This document shows, piece by piece, positions 48,265 to 61,649 of a stretch of 64,000 bases of DNA. Below the pieces are notes generated by a model. That model made no database searches, had not been told where the DNA came from, and saw only the letters and a program-made list of their open reading frames with translations. The DNA lies in the NCBI GenBank assembly GCA_002269645.1, contig NIVC01002827.1, positions 73,686-137,685 on the forward strand, given 5' to 3'. Position 1 is the first letter of the stretch, and every line of letters begins with the position of its first letter. The translations under genes and the position numbers were made by a program. This stretch comes from Macrostomum lignano. Its lineage: Eukaryota.

Positions 48265-49947
48265 ACGGACATAAATATCCACGACGGTTGCCAGTTGCCG
48301 AATTTCTTTTGTCAGTTCCTTGGCTGCTTTTCTTGCCGGAATTTCCAGCAGCGCATCAATTGAGGCAGCTGCGATGCAAGTATTCAAGCTCTAACCACGT
48401 ATCACCGTCAAAATTCTCAAGAAGCGTGTGTTGAACCTGGATGTTTTGGATATAGCTTTCAGACTGCTGTACATGAAATGGTCCCACACTTACTTCCTGA
48501 AGGTTGTCTATCTCAATTCGAGGAAAGCCTGTGGACTCTGGATCTAGCACATCGACTGGTGACCAGCGCCTCGACCCTTCGATAGGAGTTCGGGTCACGT
48601 CACACAGGTAGTTCACACCTTCAATCGGATCGAATTCGTTGCTGAGAAACATACGCCTGGTAAAATTCTGACCAAACTCAAAAAGTGAGCTGTCATTCCA
48701 TGACTTTGGCAGCGTTTTATTCAGTGGGAATCCAATGTGCGAGCGGTTGTATTTGGCAATACAGTTGTCGATAATGACATCTAGCCGACTAGATGTACTG
48801 AATTCAGCTGGCTGCTGCCACTGGTATGGCTCATGCCGCTCATTACGAGCGTATTACACCTGTTCTGCTTGATTGCAGCGAACGCGCACTCAACAAAAAA
48901 GCGGAAAAGCGTAGCCAGCCTACTGGTATTTGACTCAATAGAAGTCAGTTTTCCGTGAACGGGACGATCCTCAGCCGATACTAGATTCTTTACGTAGCAA
49001 AATCGATCATTAAGTATTGGATCGCCGGGTCCGAGAGGAAACGATAGGAGCGTGTTTCCTCGACTATTTGATTCAATCAGATCGTGGAAACTCTTGCCCG
49101 ATGAATCAGTGCAGCGTGGTGAACTGTAACCGCGGTCAAATATCGCCACGACTCGATACCCTGGCACATTGGCACAGAGTAGTTTTGTTAGTGCAGCTGG
49201 ATTGAGATTCTCTCGTTCCATCTCTATCTGGTAGGCCGTCAGATTTCCATCACTGAGGACAGGAGATGTGGATCCGCAGAGCGGTGCTGCGTAAACTACC
49301 TTGCCAGTCGCATTCACTACGACCAGTTTCTTTAAAACGTTGCTACTCTTCGGAGCATAGTATGTGCGTTTCTGCAGATGGTGCTGGCCGCCTTTACCGA
49401 TGAAAAAGTACGTATGGTCACCGATAAACAAAACAAGCTGCTTATTCCGAACGTATCGTTCAAAAACACCTGCAAAAAATTCGTCCCTAACAACGTTCGT
49501 CTCCAGGATCGTCTCAATCGGAGCACATGACAGTAGCCTTGGTTGAAAAGGGTCGTTGATGTAGTGATCCTTGGCCACCTCCCAAAAGACTTCACAAGCG
49601 CGGCGCGCAGAAATGTTGAAATCGTTTCCTATGGCTTCAAAGCTGACGCCATGGCGGAGTTTTTTCAGGTAAAGAAATACTCTGTTCTCTTGACTTAGAA
49701 ATCTAGTGCGTACTGAGCCAGAGATGAGGCTTTTGAAGCTGTCAAAGTTCTCTCGAGACATTCCGACGACTTTCTCAAAGCGCTTGTCAGCCAAAAGTTC
49801 CAGCGCATCTCTCGCATCTGCGAATGACTTGCAGGAGCCAAAGGAAGTCGCTTTCTTTAAAACCGAACACCTGGTTGTCTGCTGATGTTTCTTGAGGCTG
49901 AATTCAGTGCTGAACTGTTTACCACATCGATGGCATGCCCAGTCCAT
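48265..49947 (-). mobile_element. PIF/Harbinger-type (PHIS; DDE_Tnp_4-like) transposase, frameshifted
   Basis: N-terminal C2H2-like CHRCGKQFSTEFSLKKH, HTH (LYLKKLRHGVSFEAIGNDFNIS), catalytic-type motifs IGDHTY / SDG / IFDRGY / RFFVECAFAAIK. Frameshift near 48850, continuing as IAKYNRSHIGF...FPRIEIDNLQEVSVGPFHVQQSESY. Confidence 0.78.
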
Positions 49948-52900
49948 GACAAAGCTAAGTTACATAGATTGAAAAGTAAAGGAAACAATGAGCCGCAAGA
50001 GTCGATCAGAAAATGTGCATCACCAAATTATTGCGCGCATAGATTTCGAAATATAAATGGCTAATGGTCACGCACTTTAGAGTCCAGCATGCTGTCTTGA
50101 AGGCTACTGACAAGCGTTTTTGACATATAAAATACCTTTCTGCCCAAATACTTTAACACTTTTATAGATAATATAGCAGTATTATGAACACACTCAGCGT
50201 CGGCCATACAAATGTACATGGAGTGCACATATGGGTTGCGGGATTCAGATTGCGTAATCGATACTTAAATGCTCGTTGCCCAGCAAAAAGAAAGTTCAAG
50301 GTGTCAGGGCAATAAAAAGTGAAGAACACTCATTATAAAATGATATTGGCTAGCCAAAGAATTACGTCGGCCCTCGATATAATGAGGATTTCAACATTAG
50401 GTCCATAAGATTTAGGCATATTATTACAAAGGCACAGCACCCTCTCGGCATCTCTGTTAGCCTATCTTGCCTACTAATGTATAATCCCATCAGTACTCGA
50501 AATATGGCCCATAAAAAATCATCAACGCAAGAGGGATGCGGTTTTCGACGATTCTTTTCTCATTGTCGGTCCAGTAGAGAGATCCGATAGAGAAACCGGC
50601 TCAATCGGTCACCGCTTCCATTTCAGAGCCTTAAGTTCACATGAAATCCCCATTTTCCCCATTTTACATGTATCCCATGCGGAAGCGGCCGGGGTGGAAG
50701 AAAATCAATTTACGCTTTTCTTGTCTATTTTGGGTTTGAATAGTGAGAATTTCGCAGCGGTTTGGTTGCTTGACTCACGGCTTCCAAATCGCGTTTAAGT
50801 TTACATCCTCTTTCCGGCAGCATAAATGTATATAAAAATCAGTTCAAGTTTTACACTGCCTTCCAGATGTGGGAACACAATCGACACACGTCGATCATCA
50901 ACGATAATTCTATTCCTGTTATGTACATGTAGGAGTGCAAATCAAGGACCACTGTATATAGCTATAGCTAAATTTGTAAATTTGTTGGGGCGTTACTGTC
51001 TAAGGGAAGCTTAGCTCTTCAGGAAAAAACGATTTGTTGAACGGAAAACTCGCTGCAGGAATATTATGTAGGCCGCGCTAGCTTAACAATGCTATTTACT
51101 CGTAGCGGTGTACGGTTATTAGTTTTTATTTAAACTTTCTTTGCCCTTTTCTCCACTGAATAGCACTGAAAAAACAGCTGGTCCTTTAATTGTTGATCCT
51201 ACCATCCGGGTTAAAGTTCTATTAAGTACTAAAACAATGTAACACCTAAAGCTATTTAAATGGTGTATTTCTGTGTATTATTAGTGGTGTATATTATAGA
51301 AAAAGCAGTTGCTAAATTAAATATTCAATATTTTAGTCTAAAATATTATAAAAAGTTTGAACGCGTACATCTTTACGACGTGTTTTAATTCCAGTTTAAT
51401 TTACTGTGCTATAAAATAATCATGGACTAGCACATGGACTTGTTGCACATGGATCGTTGATGTGTTGATCAACGATCTTCAACCAAGATAAACCAAAACT
51501 TTGATTTATCGCTGCGTCTCAATGCTTCAATCATTTGCTCTGAAACTTTTATCACTTCTTGACGCATGTCTCAGCTTTGCAATGACATCTTAGACACATG
51601 ATTCCCTTTTGTATTTCCCGAGATATTTGCTTCCAAAATGTGTTTGTTAGGGGTGCCAATGAATTCGTCTTTTGACACACTTTGCATTCATGCCAATTTT
51701 TTATTCTTTGGGTCAGAAAAATTCTGCTTACAAATTTTTAAAGCTGAATATGGCGTCAGAGTAAGAAATGTATCCCGAAACATAAATTCATTTTTTGTTT
51801 GAATTATCTGCCCGAAGAAAAAATATCTGTCGGGTGAATATCTGTCGGGGAACCCACACATTCAACATAAGCCAGCGTGGACGTGGACCTGCTGGTAATC
51901 ACAAACCTTCGTGATAGTCATTTTAACTTTTCACAGAGCTAATTTCTTTTCAAAGTAGCGTCATCGCATTGTCTCAAAAGTTTTAGATAGCTATATATAG
52001 CTATGCAAGCATTCAGCCAGTTAGGCTTTGTGATTGCAATTGGCAGTAGGTCTCCAGTATTCCAGTAAGTAAAGGGCGCACCAAGTAAAGTAGCCTAGCC
52101 AATATCAAAAGATTGCGTGACTAAGCCTACATCGATACATTTGTGTTCGAAAATTTGTTCCAATAAGGAAGTCAAGCCTAAATAAATGCATGTGATATAA
52201 GAGGATTGCAATCAATAATTTTTCACTATATTTGCAATTTTGCTATTGTGGGGCCTAATACTATAGAGTGTAGGACCAAGACTGCCGCACTTGATCAGCT
52301 GGGGAGGAATTTGGCTCAATGTGTTATTGGATGGTACTAAATAAGAGATGAGTCAGAGTGGGTAGGAGAGCCAGTAGGATAAGGCTACGAGAGAGGAACC
52401 CATGAGAGGAATAAATGCTAGAAGATTGGTAGGCCTAGCTCCACCTCAATACCAGTAGCCAGTAATAGCTGATTAGCTGTGGCGGTCTTGATGTGTGGTG
52501 GTCTTAGTCATGCGCCAAGGAATTATCCAAATTATATACTATTTTTTCCCTTTATTGATTGTCACTGAATTTGCCTAGATTTTTGCCAAATTTGCTTTTG
52601 CCAAATTGGTTCATTGTGAATCTTTATTGCCAAATTTGTTTGTTGCCAAATTGGTCAGCACTCATTAAATGTAATAGATATTGAATACAAAAGACAATAA
52701 GAATATGTTGAAATAAAGACATTGCAATTTTAAGTAGAGAATTTAGTGAATATAAATGGCAAAAGTAGGCCTAACTAGGGCCTATGTCTTTTATAGTTAA
52801 ATGCATTAATATAATATAATTAGTGCTATATTTATATTTTTTGATGGGTATTTTTTACAACTTGCCTTGACTAGGCCAAGTTAGCCAAGTGCTACATGTA

Positions 52901-55190
52901 TATAATTTTATTATAGAACCCATAGGCATAATTATCAGAATAAGGGAGGAGGCTAGGGTCCTTTTGTCTACCTTTGAATTCTTTCAATGAGTTTTGTCAA
53001 TAGTATTAGTAATGTACTTATAATATATTTGATTATACACTTACTTGGTCACTTGTATCCCTAATCATATATGACTTTATTGATTTTTATACACTTTTTG
53101 GTTGATTAAAACTTAATACTAGACTCCAGAAAGTTATATGTACATGTACATGGGTGGCGAGAGCTTGTGGCACCGGGGATACATGCCCCTCCCCCCTCCC
53201 AGAAAATAAGTCAACACAGTAATTTTTAGTGCTCTTTCTGATTTTAGGCCCTAATTAGCAGTTACAAAGGTACCTGTGCCCCCCTTGTCCTGTGCCTGGT
53301 GTCCCCCTTAAAATATTAGGCTCCGCTGCCCCCGTATATGTATGCCAGAAAATTCCAGCATACAAATGACCACTTTTGAAAGTTGGCATACAAATTATTG
53401 CATTTTTTCCATACAAACTTTGGTGAGTAAATTCATGCCATGCATGAACATTATAATCGATTTAAATTAACATTTTTACATAAAATGAATTAAAATTTAT
53501 AAAATCTAAAAAGTCAATGATAAACTTTTTGCTTTTTTAAAATGAACAATAATTAAAGTTAGTATAAATTATTGCTAAGAACAATAAATTTTGCCTTATT
53601 CTTTCTATAGGTATAATTTAAGTTTGTTTAAAATGAAAATACCTTTAATATTTTAAAAAGACTTATGAATACTAAATGACCTTTTAAAAGGATTTTTTGG
53701 CATTCATTTTAGGGAATTTTTTGTTTTAGTGTATACTGGTATATATTTAGCTGAGATAGGATTCTTGTTCTGGCATATACTTCTACACAATCTGGACCCT
53801 GGACTTAATATTTATATTGTTGTCTTGCTTTTGAGTATTTTTAAAATATATACATTATAATAGCTATTTTTTTTATCAAAGACAGTGGAACTTTCTAGTT
53901 AAATAAAAAAAGTAACTTTTCTCTATTTCTGGAAAATGTTAGGGGCTAGTTTTTATTAATATATAGGAAATTTTAACCTTTAACCTTTATGCTCAATGTT
54001 CTAGATACACATTTGGTACCAAGTCATTAAAATGGATGGATAACCTGAAATAACTATTACTAAAGTAATTAATTCCCATTTAAAATGGGAAAGGGCATCA
54101 ATGATACTAGGCCTCCTTACCTTATTAGCAAGAATTTTTTAATTCACTTATTTTTTTTATACCTTATGAAAGATAGAGACAAATATAAATTAGATTAAGT
54201 TGGATCTAAGGTCTGTTGTATCAGAAATTAATTGATTATGACAAATGAGTATTATATTAATACTTGCATAGCCTCCTAATTTATTTTGGCTATGCAACTT
54301 ACTTTTTGACCCAAAATGCAACTTACTTATGAAAGAAGTCCTAAAGCAAAAATTAATATAATTTTAGGTAAATGGCAGGAGTACCTAACTATTTTATTAG
54401 TAAATGCCTTTTTATCTAATAAATACTATATCTGTATTTTTTGGGTGGGCATTTTTACAAGTTTACTATTTACTATTTACTATTTACAAGTTTATATTGG
54501 GACCTTTTACAAGCTGGCTGGGTTAGCCAAGCGCTGCATATGCATAATTATATCATAAGCCCATAGGTATCAAAATGGGAGGGCTAGAGAGCCATTGTCT
54601 TAGTAAACAGGAGTATGACACAATGTTTTTGGCTATATAGAAATATAGATCAGAATTTTTACTAGATATCATTGACATTAGAGATTTTTTATATTTTGTA
54701 TTATTTTATAATACAAAATAAATTATTTAATATAAATTTGATAGTAAATGTTTAACTATATAAATAATCCTTGAAAAATGACTAAACTCAATCTAAATTT
54801 TAGCTTTTTATTAATTAATCAATCAATCATAATATTATATTAAATATTAAGTGAGGTAATTATATTATATTTTAATTCTTGTTTTAGATCTATAAATGCT
54901 TTGAAGATAACATCTAAGTAATTATTATAGCTAATTAGTTTGAGCACCCAAAGTTTATTTAACTTGTCAATAAAAATTATTTTTAATTTTATTTAAATAA
55001 GTAAAATAAATGTGAAAATCAATATAGATTAAGTTGGATTAAATTCTTCCAATGTGTTTTGGTCCAACAAGGGCTATCTTCAGGGTTTAAAATATTTTCA
55101 CTAATGCAACAACTTTTATAAGAGATAAATAGAGAAGAAAAGTTTATTATATAGTCCAGGGGCATACATATCAGGGGCAGATATGCTTGG

Positions 55191-55346
55191 GTGCAACCTT
55201 GGGATTCACTCGGCCATTTCTATTGGCAACACACACACATAAGTTGCTATTAGATAGAATAGTAGTCACATGACTACTCTCAGCCAATAGCAACTTACAT
55301 GTGCGTGTTGCCAATAGAAATAGCCAAGTAAATCCCAAGGTTGCAC
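55191..55346. repeat. 155-bp foldback or MITE-like palindrome upstream of Sec16
   Basis: GTGCAACCTTGGGATT...TTTCTATTGGCAACAC ... GTGTTGCCAATAGAAA...AATCCCAAGGTTGCAC. Confidence 0.85.
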
Positions 55347-56250
55347 ATGTATGGGGGCAGAATGTTCAAAGTAAGTGAGCAGAGATTGTAAGTACAATGA
55401 TTAGGTTTGTGCCTTCACTTAGAATACCTTGAGTAAATGGCCCACACCACTGTGAGAAAGTTAAATATTTAGATTTAGTTTCTGGTTTTTTATTTACATG
55501 GATTCAAGTATATTAAGCCTAAAGTCAGTCCTACAATAATCAATAATTTTAAACTGCTGAGTTTGCTTAATATTGCAACAACTATTGCAACACAGCAGGT
55601 GGTCTTGGATAGCCAACCTATTCAACCAATGCTCTTTAACTCTGGTGTATGGGTGTCAATAGAATAAGAGAACTTGTACACAACACCCACAGCCAGAGCA
55701 AGGGGAAAATGGGATTTAAGTCTACCAACATATTTCGCATTTTTAGTTCAAGGCAAAATTGTATATTTTGTATATTTTTAAAGGTTTTTTAAGCATTAAA
55801 ATTGCAATACTATTTGCGATTATTGGCCTAATTCTAAATGCCAAATTGAAAACCAATATTCTGGCTAGTGTCAGGCAGTTAAAAAGTTCAAAATCAAATA
55901 TAAATACATCCCTACCCAATTTTTAATATTGTCTCTTAACCCAATGAAGTTGCAAAAGTCTACTGATTCCATGTTTAAAGATTAGCCAAATTGACAATTC
56001 ATAGAGTTCTTTAAATACTGCATATTCCTACATACGAGTAAATTGTTATTGAACTTAAATTTTTGCAATACCTATTTTTCAATTTGGCATCCTGTTTGCA
56101 TAGCTGCCTGTTTGTTAAACATCTGCCATTGCAAATAACAACAACTTGCCTTCCAGCTGTAAATTGACTCTACTTTGAAAATTAAACAATCTTAGCTGAT
56201 TTTCTATCTATTGGAAACTGACAAAGGACAAATAAGGGTCCAGGCAAAAA

Positions 56251-56564
56251 ATGTCTTTTGGGCCTGGCGCTTCTGGTGGGACGCCGCCTCGTGCGCCTCA
56301 GCTATATAATCCGACAACATTTGCCTCTGGCACTGCTCAATCAGCTAATGCCCAATCCAAAGGCTGGAATCCCTTTGCTTCGCAGCCGCAGTCATCATCA
56401 ATGTACGGTACACCTGTGTTTCCTGGAAACTATGGCGGTGCAGCCGATCTAGATCCTGATAATTTTTTTTCATCTTTTGGCGTGTCTAGTCCGCCTAAGC
56501 CGAATTCCCAGCCGCCGCCGCCGCCACCACAGGCGCAGCAGTATTTTAAACCACAGAGCGCTTA
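56251..56564 (+). CDS. SEC16: Sec16 (ER exit site scaffold), probable first coding exon
   Basis: ATG in AAAAATG context, P/S/Q-rich ORF, phase-2 donor TA|GTAAGT that joins in frame to the acceptor at 57384. Confidence 0.62.
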
Positions 56565-56617
56565 GTAAGTTAATAATTAGTACATCTACACTACATAAAG
56601 TTTTAGTCTATCTTTTG

Positions 56618-57190
56618 CTCTATCTCAGGATGGGACTTCTCTATCTCAGGATGAGACTTCTCTATCTCAGGATGAGACTTCTCTATCTCAGGATGGGACT
56701 TCTCAATCTCAGGATGAGACTTCTCAGTCTCAGGATGGTACTTCATAATCTCAGTATGAGACTTCTCAATCTCAGGATGATGTTACTCAATCTTAGACTT
56801 CTCAATCTCATGATGAGACTTCTCTATCTCAGGATGAGACTTCTCAATCTCAGGATGGGACTTCTCAATCTCAGAATGAGACCTAAATCTCAGGATGGGA
56901 CTTCTCAATCTCAGGATGAGACTTCTCAATCTCAGGATGGGACTTCATAATATCAGTATGAGACTTGTCAATCTCAGGATGATGTTACTCAATCTCAGAC
57001 TTCTCAATCTCAGTATGAGACTTCTCAATCTCAGGATGATGTTACTCAATCTCAGACTTCTCAATCTCATGATGAGACTTCTCTATCTCAGGATGATACT
57101 TCTCAAACTCAGGATGAGACCTGAGACTTCTCAATCTTAGGATGAAACTTGAACTTCTCAATCTCCGGATAAGATTTTAAACTTCTCAGT
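56618..57190. repeat. About 21-bp repeat (CTCAGGATGAGACTTCTCAAT)n, Sec16 intron 1
   Basis: Direct tandem array. Confidence 0.92.
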
Positions 57191-57383
57191 ATTATAATGA
57201 GAATTAGTATATAGGAAGGATGTCGGGGTAAAAGCATATATTCTTATTGTCAGAAACTCAAGAGTGAGATTGCAGGCTAAATTACTCAACATTCCGAAGA
57301 GTGAGGGAAATTTTAGAGCGTCAAAACATGAAAAAATATTGAACCAGTTAATCTCTTTAACCCGTTTTTACCCTTAATATCAG

Positions 57384-60300
57384 CAGCTGCGATCAGCCGG
57401 ACTCAAATGCTGCTCATCAAGCGCCTGTGGCGGCACCTGCGGCTTCTACGGCGTACGCCTGGCCAACTGCCGACTATCGCGTCGATGATAACGAGGACAA
57501 TGCTTCTGGCGAGGCGGGCGGCGGAGACTGGAACGACATCGATTTAGATGCGGAATCTCGCGGCGGAGGCGGCGGCGGTTGGGAAGACGAGATCGGCATG
57601 CTAGGCGTGGCTTCCAGCGTGGACTCTCGCAATAAGGAGTATTTTTCTTCTTCTAGCAGCGGCGGCGGCGGCAGCAGCGGCAATGGCATGGACGAAGAAG
57701 ACGAAGTTGATGACGATGGAGAGGGCAGCTCCGATGGCGTCCAAAGCGACACAGATAGCCAAATTGCTGGCGGGGAGCAGCCGCCCCATCAGGTTTATCA
57801 GCCGAACGCTTCGGCTGCAGCTGTCAGTCAGGCTGACATGCATCAACAGTCTGTTTTAGAGTCTTTCCAGCCTGATTCATCAGCAGCTTCCGCTAGTCAG
57901 GGCTATCAGATCTATCAGCCAAATTTAACCAATCCTCCGCCAGATACTACTAATGAGGATACTACTGCTACTCATCAGCAGCAGGATTATCCTGACTCTA
58001 ATTATGATCGTCTACAGAATATGGAGCAGCCTGAAGATAATGGAGAGTCTAGAAGTACACCACCGCCAGTAATGGGCAGTCAGGAGCATTGGCAGTTTGA
58101 TGAAGTCCCGTCTGATAGTCAGTCCGCTCCGCCGGAATTGTTTGCCAACTCGGCTATTGAGCAGTCATTTCTTCCTACACCTGCCAATCAGGCTTATCAA
58201 CTGCCAGCTGTGCAGTCAGCTGCTAGTGGCCATTCTTTGACTAACTCTTTGTTTCAACAGTCTGCGCCTTCGCTAGCTGGCTATTTGTTCCAACCGTCTG
58301 CGACTATTCCACCAGCTAGTCAGGCTTACCAACAATCGATGCCACCTCCAGTCAGTCAGGCTTACCAACAATCGGCGCCACCTCCAGCCAGTCAGGCTTA
58401 CCAACAATCGATGCCACCTCCAGCCAGTCTGGCTTATCAACAATCGGCGCCACCTCTAGCCAGTCAGGCTTATCAACAATCGGCGCCAACTCCACCACCA
58501 GCCAGTAAAGCTTATCAACAATCGGCGCCAACTCCACCATCAGAAAGTCAGGCTTGTCAACAATTGGCGCCAACTCCTCCACCAGTCAGCCAGGCTTATC
58601 AACAATCGGCGCCAACTCCACCACCAGTCAGCCAGGCTTATCAACTATCGGCGCCAACTCCACCACCAGTCAGCCAGGCTTATCAACTATCGGCGCCACC
58701 TCCAGCCAGTGAGGCTTATCAACAATCGGTGCCACCTCCACCTCCAGTCAGCCAGGCTCATCAACAATCGGCACCACTTCCATCTGCTAGGCAGGCTTAT
58801 CAACAATCGATGCCACCAGAAAGTCAGGCTTATCAACAATCGGCGCCAACTTCTCCACCAGCCAGTCAGGCTTACCAACAATCGACGCCACCTCTAGCCA
58901 GTCAGGCTTATCAACAATCGATGCCACTTCCAGCTAGTCAGGCTTACCAACAAGCGACGCCACCTCCAGCCAGTCAGGCTTATCAACAATCGACGCCACC
59001 TCCAGCCAGTCAGGCTTACCAACAATCGACGCCACCTCCAGCCAGTCAGGCTTACCAACAATCGACGCCACCTCCAGCCAGTCAGGCTTACCAACAATCG
59101 ATGCCACTTCCAGCTAGTCAGGCTTACCAACAATCGACGCCACCTCCAGCCAGTCAGGCTTATCAACAATCGGCGCCACCTCCATCCAGTCAGGCTTACC
59201 AACAATCGACGCCACCTCCAGCCAGTCAGGCTTATCAACAATCGGCGCCACCTCCATCCAGTCAGGCTTATCAACAATCGGCGCCACCACCAGCCAGTCA
59301 AGCTTATCAACAATCGATGCCACCAGAAAGTCAGGCTTATCAACAATCGGGGCCAACTTTAGCGCCCCCAGCCAGTCAGGCTTATCAATTATCGGCGCCA
59401 CCTTCAGCCAGTCAGGCTTATCTACAATCGGCGCTACCTTCAGTCAGCCATGCTCATCAACAATCGGCGCCAACTCCACCACCAGCCAGTCAAGTTTATC
59501 AACAATCGGCGCCAACTCTACCGCCTCCAGTCAGCCAGGCTCATCAACAATCGGCGCCAACTCCACCACCAGCCAGTCAAGTTTATCAACAATCGGCGCC
59601 AACTGTACCGCCTCCAGTCAGCCAGGCTCATCAACAATCGGCGCCACTTCCATCTGCTAGGCAGGCTTATCAACAATCAATGCCACCAGAAAGTCAGGCT
59701 TATCAACAATCGGCGCCAACTCCTCCACCAACCAGTCAGGCTTATCAACAATCGGCGCCAACTCTAGTCAGCCAGGCTTATCAACAATCGGCGCCAACTC
59801 CAGTCAGCCAGGCTCATCAACAATCGGCGCCACCTTTTGAAGCCAGTCAGGCTTATCAACAAGCATTGCCACCACCAGCCAGTCAGGCTTATCAACAACC
59901 GGCGCCACCTTCAGTAAGCCAGGCTTATCAACAACCGGCGCCACCTCCAGACAGCGAGGCTTATCAACAACCGGCGCCACCTCCAGCCAGCCAGGCTTAT
60001 CGTCTATCGGCGCCACCGCCACCTCCGGCACCCAGTCAGGCTTATCAACAATCGGCGCCACTTCCGTCTGCCAAACAGGCTTATCAACAATTGGCGCCAC
60101 CTGCATCTGCCAGTCAGGCTTATCAAATATTCACACCAAGCATGGCCAGTTATTATTCTCAGTCTTCCACTGCAGTGACCACAGCTTTAACCAGCCAACC
60201 CTTGACTGCTTTGCCTAACCAGTTTGCTCCAATGGCAAAACAACAACAACAGCAGCCGCAATTCTATCAACCATATAGCGCTGCAAACGATGACGAAGGC

Positions 60301-61578
60301 ACCGCCGCTGCATTTTTTGATCACGGCAGCGACGAAGATGTCGATGTTAGAAAAGCTGGCGAAGTTGCTAGCGCTTCTGGTTCTGCAGCCGCCGCTAGTC
60401 CGAGAGAGGAGGCAACTACAGCTATGAGTGTAAGCAGCTTCCAGCTGCCGCCGCTGCCTCCGCCGCCTGTGCAGCAACAGCCGAAACAGCAACCTTCACA
60501 TTCAACAGCGGCTGACGATTTCAATCCTCAAGGATATCTTTACTTGCAACCAGGTCATCTGCAACAGCAGCAACAAGATAGTCAATTGGAACGAACCCTG
60601 ACTCCGCCTGATAGTCGTCGGGCGATGTATCAGCCTCAGTATTCGCAGCAGCAGCAACAGCCCGTGTCTTCTAGACCACCCTCTGTGCCAGCGGCTCCGT
60701 CATCTCAGGCTCAGGCTGCCTTTCATCAATCCAGCCCATTGATACCACAGCAGCAGCAGGCTCAGCCTCAGCCTCATCAACCAAAGGCTCAAATTCGAAT
60801 GCCTGGCCTATCGGACACTGCTAGGCCTAGCAGCGAAATTCAATCAATTATGGCCGAGTTAAAACCTAGCCGTCAGGTGCTAAGCGTGTCTCAACAGCAG
60901 CAACAGTTACAGGCGGCTCGACAGCAGCAGCAGCTACAGCAGCAGCAGCAATTGCAACAGCAGATGCAATTGTTGCAGCAGCAACAGCAACAGCTTCAAC
61001 AGCAGTTATTGCAACAGCAATACGGTCGCTCGTCTAATAAACACTCTCGTACAACATCCAAGACGTCTAGTTTAGCTTCGAATAATTCCATAGAATTAGG
61101 CAGTTCGGCTACAGGCTTGCCAAACATGCCATCGGCTGTACAACAATCGCAACCGCAGCCGCAGTTGTACCCGAGTTCCAGTCTGTTTCCTTATCAGCAG
61201 CACCAGCAATACGGTTATTCACCGGCTGGTAGCAGGACAGCCAGTAGGCCCACCAGCAGGCCGGCAAGTCGAGCTGGCAGTGTCGCTAGCGAGTTGGCCG
61301 CCTCAGCATCCAGCCCGGCGCTGGGCAGCCTTGCCCAACAGTACGAGCAGTACTTTGATAATTGTATCAGACAGCAGCCGCAGAATGCCGCGTATTTTCA
61401 TCAGCAGCGACAGGAGTATAGGAATTATTTTCTTAACTACATGAACTATGTCCAACAGGCGCAGTACGATGGAGATGGCGATGGCGATTATGCTCAACCG
61501 TCTGGTCGGTGCACTCCGTTAAAGTTCAATTTGCCTCACGCCAGACTGGGACTGGACGCTCCGGGACTTGTTGTACAG
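57384..61578 (+). CDS. SEC16: Sec16, giant (4195-nt) low-complexity exon
   Basis: Open frame of about 1398 codons ending GRCTPLKFNLPHARLGLDAPGLVVQ, similar to the entry of the Sec16A conserved region (RLTPEKFSVPHVCARFGPGGQLIKV). Acceptor ATATCAG|CAG, donor CAG|GTATAT. Confidence 0.85.
58306..60125 (+). repeat. Coding tandem repeat in Sec16, PPPASQAYQQSA-type units of 30-39 nt
   Basis: Roughly 50 in-frame units. All length variants keep the frame. Confidence 0.95.
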
Positions 61579-61649
61579 GTATATTGTCTGATCTGGATTT
61601 TTGTGGAATGGAGTTTTGTGAGAGATAATCGCTCTTAGACTAATTCTAT

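Noticed and set aside
56477-57140. LRMRLL-repeat ORFs
   Set aside because: Translation of the 21-bp intronic repeat of Sec16.
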